Assembly (NCBI GenBank): GCA_001929475.1
Contig: LXFE01004217.1
Span: 1 to 64,000 of the forward strand
Length of the DNA: 64,000 nt
DNA from: Neolecta irregularis DAH-3
Taxonomy: Eukaryota
Direction of reading: 5' to 3'
Positions 1 through 13,527 of this stretch are shown in pieces. Every line of letters begins with the position of its first letter. Position 1 is the first letter of the stretch. Under the pieces are notes generated by a model. That model saw only the letters and a list, made by a program, of their open reading frames with translations. It was not told where the DNA came from and did no database searches. A program made the position numbers and the translations under genes.

Positions 1-188
1 GGTTCGTGGAGTTTCTGCTAATGGTGGGTTGATTCTATTCGTTGGGACCAGATCGGGTCAGGATCAAGCCATAGTTGGAGCAGCCCGACGTACTGGAGGT
101 TATCATCTTTTCCACCGATGGCTACCTGGAGCCATCACGAACGGAGAATACGTTATAGGAAGAGGTCGTCTCAAGGCCGAGCCCGTAG
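1..188 (+). repeat. Near-identical copy of the internal MRP4 (uS2m) segment 62871-63058, ending at an assembly gap
   Basis: Direct comparison shows 185/188 identity, with differences at 67, 115 and 122 (all synonymous). Confidence 0.95.
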
Positions 189-198
189 NNNNNNNNNN
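189..198. other. Assembly gap (10 N)
   Basis: Run of n in the sequence. Confidence 1.
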
Positions 199-393
199 GG
201 AGGTGTTCTTCTCGTTCGCTCAGAAGGAGACTTGGAAAAACAAACCTACGAATGGGTCGCCAAGCAAACTTGGGGATTTGCAGATATTGAGATTCAGGGA
301 GAAAAGCAGCGACGTTACATTCGCCGAGTCAAATTCAGTTCTCCTTCGCTTTCACAGAACTTGACGCTCATTTATGATTATGTTTCGGAGTAG
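199..393 (+). CDS. 3' fragment of a fungal lipocalin-like/'LCCL-domain' family protein (5' part lost in the gap)
   Basis: Open frame ...EWVAKQTWGFADIEIQGEKQRRYIRRVKF...LIYDYVSE*. Resembles, from memory, the W-x-A-x-Q-x-WGF...RRY-x-RR...L-x-YDY C-terminus of this fungal family. Confidence 0.55.
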   Translation, partial: GGVLLVRSEGDLEKQTYEWVAKQTWGFADIEIQGEKQRRYIRRVKFSSPSLSQNLTLIYDYVSE

Positions 394-526
394 ATTGATA
401 GTTCTTTGTCTGGTTAAGGAGCATTCATAGAGTTACAATTACGATCTTAGGAATCTATGACTCCAACATCACCAACCAAACACCGCCCCGAAGTAACCTT
501 CACTCCAAAACTGACCAAGTGTGACG

Positions 527-3500
527 CTACCAGTCCTCGTCTTCGTGCTTGCTAATATTGGCGCTCGATCGGCTCGATTGCCGCTGCTTAAGCTGAAGAG
601 ATTAGCTTCTCCTGGAAGTGTTAGACATACCGCATCAGCAAGACTACTGGCAAGAGCAGGTCTCGAAGGAATTCGTGGCGTGGCGCCGTTAACAGAAGCA
701 CGGCCATTAGACTGAATACTGGGGCTCCGATCAACTGGGCGACCAGCGGGGGGAGTAGGAACAATTCGACCTGCTGTCAGGGACTTGGGGACTGCAGGGT
801 TAAAGAAATTTTTTGGATATGAAACATACCTGGTGTCGGTCGCTTTGACGGAATTAGGGGCGGTGTGCTTGTCCGTGGGGTCTTATTAGCGATGACCCGC
901 GAACCTGGAGTCAAGGCGGCAGGTGGTTGAGGTTTGAATTGATTTTGGACGGATATCACAGATGCTCTAGGGTTTGATGCAGCGAGAGGCTTTTGAGTCA
1001 ATTGAGTATGAGCTGGAACAAAAGGGGGTGGTGGAGGAGCTCGAGGCCGGCTTTGTTGAACTTCTTCTTTTACATAGTTTTCTGGTATCCAACCTTCTCG
1101 ATCTTTAAGTTTGGCTAGCCACCATCCTGAAAAGTGAACACTGAAACAATGAAAGTGCCTTACCATTGCCTTCTTTCTTGATAATTTCGAGTAAATCGTC
1201 CTTTCGAAAGGAGAGTTCCGTGGCGCTTTCCCCGGCGAAGTCATATAATCCTCTATATACAATAACGGTGGTCGGAGGTGCTGGAGCAGAATGCTGTTGT
1301 GGTCGTGGAATAGATGCTCTGGAACTTCGCTGCTGAGAGATGACAGGTTCTGGCATAACTAGTTTTGGAGAACTCGGCATAGGGATGGATATAGAGACTC
1401 TGGCAGCGGCCTTTTTCTTTGGAAGTTGCTTGTTGACCCTTGGCCGAGTTTTACTCGCGAAGGCCTTCTTTGCGGGCGTTGGTTTCGATATGCTATTAGC
1501 AGGCTCGCCAGAAGGAACGCGAATGACACCGCTTTTATAGATATCATCTCGTGGAATTGTTTCATCAATAACAGCCTTGACTTGCACTATCTTACCCGGC
1601 TTTTTATTGAACTCAATCCTGAAGTCAATAATGAATAGAAACTCATTTATCATACGTAGGTCCGATTTTCAGCTCTGTTCCTGGAGACAAGGAAGTAAAT
1701 CGAGTTACAAATTCGGTCTTTAGAAAGCAAAAAATCAAAGGATCTGGTTCGTTGGGCGAATTGATACCAAGGGACATCCAATCGTCTCGTAAATTGGAGA
1801 GACCAATATATTTAATGGATCCAATAGGCACGCGTCTTTCCGCTCTAATTGTTATTTGGTTGTTCATCAGCTCCGAAATGACAATATAAAGAGTCTTATT
1901 AGTCTTCGTTATCAGTATAGCTTAGTACGTGTTATGCATACCAAAATCATTGAACGTGGGCTGGGTTTACTTGATCGTCCAAGTTTTGCGACCAAAAGTT
2001 CCACTCTGCAGGAAAATTCAACCTTCTCAGAACTGGGTAATCCAACTTGCTCTGCGATAAACTCTCCTTGCCCGCCTTTGTATCCAATACCAAGATAATC
2101 TCCCAAAAATCGGCGGGAACCAAGCAGACTGAACCGGCGTCGTTGTTTTCGACCTCTAAGAATTTCATGCCCGCGATCTCGAATTTGAATGTATTGAAAC
2201 CCTTCCTTTTTATTTTTCCACATCCGTTGAATTTTCCGTGCGCTTTCATGTTTATGACGGACATAGGCCCTCCATGCCCTTTGAATTCTCGAGGCCATGG
2301 TATGCCAGTATCGATCTCGCATGCCTTCCAGTGCAAAAAGGGTTTCCGGGGTTTTGATAAAGGCCTTGCTGATTCCCAATTGCCATTCTTCTTTCGGAAT
2401 TCCAGTATCTCGCAAGATTGCCTCTGTCCCCGAACGAGCATCACCTTGCCAAACATAATCTCCCGCATAACCAGTCTTTGATGAAAGCAGGTAAAACCTC
2501 TCCACGAATTTTTCAAAAGATTGCCGATATGCAAACCCAGCTCGGCGAATTCTGACGTTCTCTTGAAGACCAAGATATTTGATTTGATGGACAACAGCTC
2601 TCTCCTCATACTCTTTAGGCGATTTGTTGGCGTTGGGTTTGATCGTCCTAATGTAGGAAGGTCGAGCCTGCATTAAGGTGTTCACGAGATCGTTTGCCGA
2701 GGACTAATATGTATCAGTACTAAAGATGCGCTATATTTTCTATACTTTGATCTTATCGCCAGCAGTCGGTGGTCTTTTCTTGGAATCATAGTCAACTCTA
2801 TCGGGAAAAATCTGCGCAACAAAAGGACTATTACTTGAAGACAATAGATCGAGAAGGTCCTTGGATAATACATCTTTGTTCTTATCGGTCATTCCATTGA
2901 TGGTATATGTGACATCTCCAGCATAATGTTTAATCAGAAACTGGCCTTGTCTTTGTTGAAAGTGTGGATTAGATCCAAGCATCCCCATTCGTTGTATGAA
3001 AGACGAGTCAGCAGCACCCGAATCTGCATGTGCCGTTGCGCAAGCATCGTTGAGAGCTGCGAATATTCCTGGCGGACGTTTCTCTTCGATCAAATCGCAA
3101 ACAATTTTATTGTTGAAATAATCAATCGGGGTCCATTTAATTTGTTCGCGTATATATTCTTCTTGTTCGGTCTTCAATGTAAGCTGGATAAATATTTGCT
3201 AGGATCTTAATAATCAAAAAGTTTGGTGCGGTGGTCACACCTGTAACTTTTCGTTAACATAATTGATACAGAGCTGTTCGAAGCTATTCTTTTCAAAAAT
3301 TTCAAAGCCATATATATCGAGAATTCCAATAGTGTAAGATACGGGGCTTCGAGCGCGCATCGATTTGTTCACACGTTCTACAATCCACTCGAAAAGATTA
3401 TTGTAGATAGCTTTCGATAGCGCATCTCGAACGGCAATGGCCTGGGTAATATTGAGAGGCACCGCGTATACGGAACCTCGCCGACCTCCCCTTTGTGCCT

Positions 3501-4785
3501 CAATCACTCTTGATGTGAGGGCCTGGAATCAGTTTAAAGCTAAACTGGAGCAGAACCTTTATAACGGGTGCCGCGTCCACGTCGAGAAGGTAGGCAATGA
3601 AATCAGTTACCCCAGCGTCGGCGACTATTGCATTGCCTTCATCATTCTCGACGAATGCTACATTCCCGATCCATAATATGACTGCAAGCATTCTGTAAAT
3701 GTCGTCTTGTTCATTCTGAGGGAGACCAATGATATTCATAGCTTTTAGAGTGTCTGCAAAATCTGCTGCATCATCAATTTGAGGTGCATCATAACATCCT
3801 GATTGACTTGTATACGCGTACACATCCGGTGTTTGAATACCGAATATCTCTTAAGTCGTCAGACAACAAACGAAAAGAAGGATACCTCGGTAGCTATCTG
3901 GACAATATTTTGAAAACTGATAGAAAATGTGGAAGTTACGTTCACCAGCTATTTGATGGACAATTCGACCTTTTTCAAGAAGATAATTGGTAATGTCTGC
4001 ACCAACAGGTTCACCTTGAGCATTAAATTGGATTTGAAGATATTTTCCGTGACGGGATGAATTGTTGTTCCGTAAAGTCTTCGCGCACCCGAAACTTTCG
4101 AGTAAAGGGTTCGTTGCAAGAACCATATCTTTGATTTCTTGAATGGATGAAGATGATCCGACAGAAACATTAGCAATATACTGCATGATGCGTTTCGCCG
4201 CTTCAGTCTTGCCTGCCCCGGATTCTCCGCTGTTGATCAGATATGGCATCAATTGGGAACTTGGAGTACCTGATAATAATGCACTGATTCTCTTTGTAGC
4301 TGTTCATGTTATAATATGCCGATTCGGCGATCGCAAAGACGTGAGGAGCCATCTATCATCATGAGAAGGTTCTCAGAAGGGATCCCATGCCTCAAGTCTG
4401 TTCTTTCCTCTATATGAATTCAAAACCGATTCGGTATAGATGCCGAGATCACGAAAAGGATTGACACTTATGAGAACATGACCAATATAGGTCTACATCG
4501 TGAGTTCTCCAACGTGTGACGAAAAGGGATCAAACGTATATATCCCCATGGTCAAATCTCTTCTTTAGATTCTCATTTATAGCTTCGTTGCTTATTTTCG
4601 ATAAGAGCGTCAAATCGCTGACTCCAACTTCCTTGCGTTTGGTGGATTCATAAACGGCTTTCTTGACGCCTGCCTGCTTTGCGGCCTTGGGGTCATTCGG
4701 ACCACCTTTGGCTTTTGACCGTCCCGCCCGTTTTGAAATGGCCTATAATATTTTATACTGGGTATGTAATGGAATAATTTACCAT
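527..4785 (-). CDS. myo1: Class I myosin (motor, IQ, TH1, SH3, acidic tail), multi-exon
   Basis: P-loop [26 protein letters not shown]3 (ALYDF-like, [12 protein letters not shown]) and acidic end HEDEDW*. First exon is ATG only (4785-4783). Confidence 0.96.
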
Positions 4786-5126
4786 AGTCAATAGAGCGGA
4801 GAGGAGGGTCAAGTGTCATGCTAGACAATCTTAAGCGTCATGTTGACCCAACGTGGCTGAGCTGATAAAATTTTCCCTACATGAAATCTACTTATTTTCC
4901 CGAATAGAATAGTATGGATAATAAAATTATGCAAGCTAGACGAGAACTACAATGTAGTAGTTCTGATAGAGGCAGGAAGGTCTGTGGCAGACTGGCGCAA
5001 CATCCGAAACCTCAGCGATACTCTCAGTATCAACGCTTTTCCGGGTTTCTGCCATTATTGAAAGAATGTATGCTTTTTGATAATCTCTGTTCCTGCAGTT
5101 TAACAAAGTAGAATCCCCTACTTCCG

Positions 5127-8100
5127 ATGTCCGATAGCAAAGCGCGACAACAGGGGCCCTCTGGGAACAATGTTTTCGAGAACATCCAGTCGCTGGCTGC
5201 GGCCGCGATGCAGCAACAACCATCAGCGTCTTCTCAACCACAGGTTACGTCGCATTCAGACCACGATGTCTGGACTATATTGCAGCAGTCAAACTCTTCC
5301 AACGACGCTGCTGCAGCCGCTAACTCTGGTGCTTTCTCCTCGACTCCCTTTCAGACATGGAACCAGTACCCCCAGCTAGGCAGGACTCTCCAGGCGCAAC
5401 AGTCAGCTGCATACAGCCAGTTTCTACAGTACCCGACTTCAACCAATGATCTAAACCAGCGCCTCGTGTCAGACGATTTTTCTGCTTCGCTTTATAGCAC
5501 CGCGCACCCTGGGGTTGTTCGACCCCATACTGGGAATGCGAGTACCCCGGTCCACAAAGAGAATTCGCGTGATTCTTCACCAATGACTAGCGCTGCTGCT
5601 ACAGACGTCAATGCCGGCGTGCGTTATATAAATGGCGATAATGTCGCATCAAAGAGCCTTTTTCGGGCCCGCGCTTCCATTCCAATGAATATATCGATCG
5701 AAGAATATGAGCGACAAGGCATTGAGGCTGCGATAGCAAGTCGCCTCCCCTCTCATTCGTTACATCCTTCTGAAGAACAACTACTGAAAGACTACACTAC
5801 AAATGCAGATATTGTGGTCTATATCGGTCTACGGAACTCGATGCTCCGCCTATGGCTTAAAAATCCGATGATAGCTGTTACGAAATATGAAGCAGTCGGT
5901 GTAGCTCGGGAAGACCGGTATCTTGAGTTAGCAGGCAAGTGTTACGAATGGCTCGTTCGAAACGGTTACATTAATTTTGGCTGTCTGAACCTTCAAATAA
6001 ACCCTCTGAGCACCACAGAGAGCACAACCCGAAGGAAGACCGTTGTTATTGTTGGAGCCGGCATGGCCGGTTTGGGCTGTGCCCGACAGTTGGATGGATT
6101 ATTTCAGCAGTTTGCTGAAAAATTTGAACAACCTCCGCAGATCATTGTTCTCGAAGGTCGAGGACGTGTGGGAGGACGAATCTATTCTTATCCTCTTCAG
6201 TCCAAGACTAGCAGTGCCCTGTCTGAGGTAGCCGCCTATCCGAGCGATCTGCCCTCTGCCGTTGATCTAGGCGCATACGTTGTGACTGGGTTTGATCACG
6301 GGAATCCAATGAGCGTCCTTGTTCGCCGCCAGCTTGCATTGCATTATCATACCCTCAGGCACCACACTGATATCTACGATATTGATGGTACTCCTGTCGA
6401 CAAGACAACCGATATCAGAGCGGAAAATCTATTTAATGACATTGTCGATCGCGCCTCGGTATTTAAGCAACGTCGAAGCATGGCTCAAAACAACGAGTTT
6501 ATCAAAGGAGGAATTACCGTAGAAACTTTGGAGACATCCGAGGCAATGGGAACAAATATGATACCTATGTTATCGGCAAATGTTGACAAAGTTACCGGGA
6601 AACCAACAGCTGCAGATGGCGCTAGCGCTTCAGTTTCTATGGAAGACACAGTTAGTCGACTTGGATTTGAATGCAATCTTAATGCGCAATCTGCTCCGCC
6701 TTTCGATCCTTCGGATATTCTTCAAACTCAGTTTCCTTCGCTCGGCGATACCATGGACAAATGTCTATCTCAATATCAGCAATTGGCACATTTGTCGCCT
6801 TTGGATCTTCGTTTGCTTAACTGGCATTATGCAAATCTCGAATATGCTAATGCAACGAATCTGTCGAATCTCTCTCTCAAACACTGGGACCAAGATGATG
6901 GCAACGAGTTTCGAGGAGCTCATTCTACTATTATTGGCGGGTATCATCAGGTTATCAAAGGTCTGGCACTCGCTCCACGAAAACTTGATATACGCTTAAA
7001 CCATACTATCACGAAGATTTCTTACAAAGAATCTACTCCTCCCGATTCAAGCCCGCCTTCAGTTCAAATTATTTGCGAGAATGGGGAGACGGTTGCAGCA
7101 GATGCGGTTGTTATAACAGTGCCACTCGGTGTTCTTAAAAGCAAATCTATTGACTTCGATCCTCGTCTTCCCAACTGGAAAGCTGATGCTATTCAAAGTC
7201 TCGGATTTGGACTATTAAATAAAGTAAATTTATCTTTTACCTTGTCTGAGCTTACATATCAAGTTGGTTCTTGTCTTCGACGAGGTGTTCTGGGATACAA
7301 ATACTGACCTGGTCGGCCTTCTTCGAATGCCCTTAGGCAATGAAACTGAACAACAAAACTACTCTTCTAACAGAGGTATGTTCAATTTTGTAATCGCTGG
7401 CCGATCATTCAGGTCAGTTTTATATGTTTTGGAATTGTGTCGCTACCACTGGAAAGCCTGTTTTGAGTATGTATAACTGATTTTTTCGTCCTTCTAACAA
7501 TAGTCGCTTTGATGGCTGGAGATGCCGCTCGAAACTCTGAAGTGACATCAGATGACGATCTTATCACTGAAGCAGTCACAGCCTTATCTCGGATGTATCC
7601 CGAAAAACGTCCAATCCCGCAGCCAATAGAGAGCATTATCACTCGCTGGTCGCGCGATAAATTCAGTCGTGGTAGTTACTCATTTGTTGCAAAACATGCA
7701 ACAGGAGAAGACTACGACTTTCTTGCAAAACCTATATCAAACAAAGTATTCTTTGCCGGAGAAGCCACATGTCGAACACATCCTGCAACTGTTCATGGGG
7801 CTTATATAAGTGGCCTTCGAGCAGCCAGTGAAGTCCTTGAGAAGCTCATTGGACAAATCCAAATGCCTATAGATCACCCGCTAATACCGGAGAAGACTCA
7901 GGTCGAGCCCCCTCAGATTGCTGGTATAAAGCGAAAACATGGGCTTGATACCAACTATCGCGCGCAAGCACACGCAATGAAAAAGGCACGGCTCGAGAAA
8001 CGTGATGAATGGCTGAATCAGCAAATTGTTACAAGATTCGGGCCGAAGCCCGTTGCGCCAGTCAAAGGCGCTACAAATCCCTTTTTGATCTTCCAGAAGG

Positions 8101-8555
8101 AATGCTGGGTCGAAGTCAAGGAAAAAGCTGAAACTGAACGCATCCAAGTGACTGGCGACAAAGACTTCAAGTTATCGCGTGATGAAGTGCGCGCCAAGCT
8201 TGGACAAACGTGGCGAGGGATGCCCGAAGAAAATAAACATCCCTTCAAAATTCGGGCAATTGCCAACAAGGCGACAAATACAGATCAGATGACCACATAT
8301 AAAACAAGTCTTGCAAGATGGGAAGCAGATGTCGACAACTATCGCAAGACCTTGAATGATGCTATGGAAGAACAAGGGGTCCCCCCAGAAGAACAGGAAA
8401 TCGCTCGACTTGCGGAGCTCGAGGAACGACTGGAAGCTCAAATAAGGGAAGAACAACGCCGACAACGGGCGATGACTATGCGGGGAATTGACGAAGATTC
8501 GAATTCCGATAGCTCCGAGTATCAAGAGGACCAAGAAGATGGAACGTATAAATAA
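5127..8555 (+). CDS. lsd1: LSD1/KDM1-family lysine-specific histone demethylase (SWIRM + FAD amine oxidase + C-terminal HMG box)
   Basis: GAGMAG FAD motif, WLVRNGYINFG SWIRM end, FFAGEAT, TVHGAYISG, GFGLLNK catalytic Lys, and HMG-like NPFLIFQK...LGQTW. Confidence 0.92.
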
Positions 8556-8830
8556 ATAGTAGAAATTTGCCTTTGTTGTAGTTCTCGCCTTTGTTATGTA
8601 TAATGCAATGTATTTTGACTGTGATACGTCTCAACATTTCCGAGGTTGATCGATCACTTCTGAATTTTGGACTTTTTTCCCCCCACTCCGTTAAATCCCG
8701 TTGAAGATAGAAGTATTTTCATTCACGGCCAACAAAAAGTTTGCTTTCTTTTTTTCCTTGTGGTTTTCTCGCTACCTGGCCTCGATTGCATTTGGGTTTC
8801 AGCGTTTTCATTTCTCTTCGTTTCACTGGT

Positions 8831-10851
8831 ATGATATCTCTCGATATATCCGCGTCAGTCGAATGTCGCTCCAAGCATATTCGGGCGTTCTCAAATATCG
8901 TTGACCAGCGTCGCTTTTCAGCTGTTAGCGCCTGTGAAGAGCCTGCAAAGTTGATTCATTCCTCGACAGATCCGGATTTAACGTCGAATATGTTCAAAAT
9001 TTTTGTCGAGGATGCACTGCATGAGAAAATGAAGGTAGAAAATTCTCGAGTCTATTGTTCTTATTATGTGCAGGGAAATACGGGACCGATCGCTGATCTA
9101 CATGCTCTTTTTACGGGCTCTGTTGATAATATGGATGCGGCTGCCACAGCACGTTTAAGACAAGTGCTAATGGCATTGACAAATGTCGTTTCTCAACTAG
9201 ATGAATCGTATAAGCAATTGGTTACTTCCATCTTAAAAACATCCTGGCTCGGCCGCGATGCCCTCTTTGTTAAAGCTTACGTCTGCTTCTTGGGGCATCT
9301 CGTGAGTGCACATACATCCTACGTACCAACTATGTTCCGTATGCTTATTCAATATTTTCAGTTCAGTATGTGTCTTCTTTGCCATTATCCTTATTTTTAG
9401 TTCCCTCATCTTTGGGTAGATTACATGGCCACGCCTTCGTGCCAAGATCTGTCATGTATGATCGTGTTCATTTGGCGTTACGATACGTTCTCGATCTGGT
9501 TCCAACATCATACTCGGCTCTGTTAGCAGTCTCAGTACAGGAATACCCACATCAGAGCGAGTTGCAGTGTCATCACCTTGCATATATGCACAATTTGTTT
9601 CGGGTTTCAGATGCTGCTCCTCATCTTGGAGGAAGAATTCTAAATATCATTGTCGATAGGGTCTTGCAGCTTGATGTGTGACCTCTTTTGTGATTTTGCT
9701 GAATAATTTGTAGGTTGAGATACAGATCGAACTGGACGACATGGATGAGGAGGAAGAGCGTGAAATCGGCGAATTAGGCTCTTCATCATTGACAGAACTT
9801 GATACCTTCACTTCTTCATTAAACCGTCTGGATGACGACGATTTCTCAGAGCCAGAAGAAGAAAGTGCGATCGACCTAAACGAATCTGCAGTACGCAGAA
9901 CGACAGCAAACATCAAAGATATGATAGTCAAACTCGACTGCATGCTTTCTGCTGTATTCAAATACCTCTGCCCATCATTTTCAAAATCCTCAGCAATGGG
10001 CTCTTCGGTCTTTGTCTTTGATAGTCTTTTACATGCATTTGAAAGCACGATTTTACCAACCTTTCGGTCTCGCTATACACAATTTCTCGTTTTTTGGGCT
10101 GCACAGTCTTCGCCTCAGTATTCAGACGCTTTTCTCGGGTTGCTTCTCGAGCGTGCACTCGATCCCACGAAGTCTCAAACAACACGCCAGGCAGCTTCCG
10201 CTTATTTATCTTCTTTCGTTGCTCGATCTCGGACGCTAGACAAATATGCAATTCGAACTGTCATTGGTATGTTGTGCCAATGGCTCGACGCCTTTATCGA
10301 AGAGCGTCAAATGGAGTGTTCGGGAGCTGATGCTGCTCGATTTGGTGGCTTTTATTCTATTGCACAAGCTGTGTTCTACATATTTTGCTTTCGTTGGCGG
10401 GATTTGCGAATTGCCCAAGAAGAGGTTAGTGAAGATGTTGATTTATGTTCTGCGAAATTTCGCTGGGCACCTGGTCTTACTGTTATTCAAAAAGTTATTA
10501 CTTCAAGATTTAATCCTTTGAAAGTAAGATCACGATGTGTTTCACGAGTCTGATATTTTCAAGATATGTGCGCCACTAGTCGTCAATCAATTCGCCAAAG
10601 TTTCCGGTCATCTAAATTTCGTTTATTGCTATTCAATATTGGAACAGAATAAGCGAGTTCGCGCGGTGACAACGAGTGCTCATACCCAGTCCAAGTTAAG
10701 TGATCTTGGCATGGATTCTCAGATCGAGGGATATTTTCCCTTTGATCCTTGCCATCTCCCGCTCAGCCAGATGTACGTTAGAGATTTATACATGGACTGG
10801 AAACCCCTAGAAGATGACGAAGATAACCTAGACTCGGATACAGAACTGTAA
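8831..10851 (+). CDS. RRN3: RNA polymerase I initiation factor Rrn3/TIF-IA
   Basis: ILPTFRSRYTQFL, AYLSSFVAR, FYIFCFRW, FNPLK and YFPFDP motifs with an acidic loop. Start codon approximate. Confidence 0.92.
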
Positions 10852-11034
10852 TTGTGTAGATAGTCTCGGTATTCCTGTAAATACCATATTGGAGTTTCAG
10901 TATCAATGCGAATGCTATTTTATGATCTGGTTCATGTATATATATTTCTATATGCCGTGACTGTATTTTTGAAAATTATGTCTATTCCTAGTTAGTAATT
11001 CTTAAGATCGTCGGGAACCAAACCCACCTTCGTA

Positions 11035-13411
11035 ATGAACCCAAACCCCCCCGATGTAACAAAGCTTTACACACGTCATGAATTAGTCGGTAGAGGATCT
11101 TATGGCTCTGTATACAAGGGGTATTTCGCTCTGATCGCTGTGTTGGTTTGAAACTGATGTAATCGAAAGTATACATAACCCTACGAAACAAATTGTTGCC
11201 ATCAAGGTCTTGAGTTTAGATACAGAAGAAGATGCTATTGAAGATATTCAGAGGGAAATTACGCTTCTTAGCCAGCTTAAGCAAGCAGATGCTCAAAATG
11301 TCACTCGTTATCATGGATGTCATCTTAACGGCTCTCGGTTATGGATAATTATGGACTATTGCACAGGAGGAAGTATAAGGACACTGGTTTGTTAATGCCA
11401 ACTTCGAAAATTATTCAACTCGATATTAGATGAAATGCGGTCGAATCGAAGAGCGATATATGTCAATCATCATACGAGAAGTGCTCTCTGCTTTCTCATA
11501 TATCCATAAGGCTGGTATCATACACAGAGACGTCAAAGGTTATCGCAAGTACTAATCACTTCTAACTCTGATCAGCGGCGAATATCTTGATCGCAAACGA
11601 CGGAAGAGTTCAGTTATGCGATTTTGGTGTGGCTGCTCAGGTAGCTGCGAATCAAATGAAACGAAGCACATTCGTCGGCACACCCTACTGGATGGCGCCA
11701 GAGGTCATAACAGAAGGAAAGACATATAACTTCAAGGTTCTTTCTTTCTGAGGAATTACATGTAATTATCTAGGCTGATATTTGGTCGCTGGGAGTCACT
11801 GTATATGAGATTGCTGTAGGAAATCCACCATTTGCGGATCAAGAACCAATGCGAGCAGTATGGCTCATTCCTAGAGAACCTCCTACGAAGCTCGAGGGTC
11901 CTCAGTTTTCTATATTTATGAAGGAATTCGTTGCTTTATGTATGCGAGAATCCGCGGAGGATGTACATAAATGTCTGATTTCTTTTTCTAATTTCTTTAG
12001 AGACCCATTGCAGAAGAGTTGATGAAGGCCAAATTTATAAAGCAATATACGAAATTGAGTACTATCGTCTTACAAGAACTCATATCCCGTTACGAACTAT
12101 GGATAGCTCAGGGCGGGGTTCGTCAATCATTGGCCGCTGGAGGACATCCGGACAATGGGAATGATGGAGAGTTTGAATTTGAAGAATATTTTCATGGATG
12201 GGAATTTGATACAGTGAGGTCCACCGCCGTTACAGGTCTACCTATACAAGAACCAGCCGATTCCAGGGTTTTTGGTATTAAAAATATCTTGTCCGATTTA
12301 TTCTCATGGGTTAGATAGCGATGCAGGAAATCGAACATTGAGACCACAACCAGTTATAGGACCTTCTGGAGGGAAGTCATCTTTTTCTGGTAACCAACAT
12401 CCACTTTTGCAACTCTTTGATCAGAAAACCCCAAATTCTGATCACTCGTCAGTAAATACCTTGCGACCGAATACTTCACAAGCTAATTATCCCTTCGACA
12501 CCTTCGACAATCACAATTTACAAAATATCTCGCAATCTACATCAGTTAGTCCGGAGAAAGAGAAACTCCAGTTTCTTGACCCAGTCAAACCAGACATTTT
12601 CAGGAAAGAAACTGCACCGTCGTTCACTTCTGCGAGCAGTTCTACGAGTTTTCAGATTGAAATACCCTCTCGGAAAGAAATCGAAGCTAACATCCCGCAT
12701 TCTCGACCTCATTTACAAAGAGGTCGCTCACAGAGCAACACTGGGAAGTTCATCAAACGGGATGAACCTCTGATACCCTCAGTCATGAATCGCAACCCAA
12801 TAATTACTCCTATAAACCCTAGTAGATCTGGCACTTCAGTTGTTTCCTCTGCGCCTCCTTCGCCACAGTCATTACAGCAAATAAACGGGGAAGCCGATTC
12901 CTCGTCCTACGCCAAAGAATTGCCTAGAGCTGCACATGTTGCTTCGAAATCTGTTCCTCTCGACGGTTTAAGTCCTAGAGACGCTCACTCAAAGGCAAAA
13001 TCAGTCGCACTATCTTCCTCCTGGACCAAAGCGGTCAGCTCACCGAGCCCCAGCTTGCAGGTATGAAATTATATTGAGCTTGTTGACTGAGCCTCGTAGT
13101 TACCAAATATCAATTTACACGGTGCTTCATCTGCGCAAGTCTCATCAAAGCCGTCCACTGTCATGGCACTTCCTTCTACAGTCAGGCCTCCTTCCCCAGC
13201 CTGGTCAACACCGATTTCTGCAACAATACTGGGTGGCACGAGACCCGAATTACTACACCTTATATCTATCACTCCCCTTAATCTCGAAGTATTTTCAGAT
13301 CTCGATAATACCAATGGTTTGGGTATTGAATTAGATCGCATTCTCAGCTCCCTTGGCGAGTCTTTAAACGTTTTTGATCGGGGACTTTCAGTACTTGCCG
13401 AAGAGCTATAG
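11035..13411 (+). CDS. nak1: STE20/GCK-family Ser/Thr kinase (Nak1/Kic1-like)
   Basis: [43 protein letters not shown], then a long Ser/Pro tail with a WEFDT motif. Confidence 0.85.
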
Positions 13412-13527
13412 ATGAGACGAAAGGCGTTAGGGGGTTATGGATCTGTACAAAATTTTGATTTTCGATTCATGCATGAATCCTCTGACTGTTTCAAAGATTG
13501 ACCTTCCAAGGAATTATGAAAACGGAG

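Noticed and set aside
29-364. ORFs spanning the N-run, suggesting an MRP4 fusion protein
   Set aside because: Artefact of translating through an assembly gap; the two sides are unrelated.
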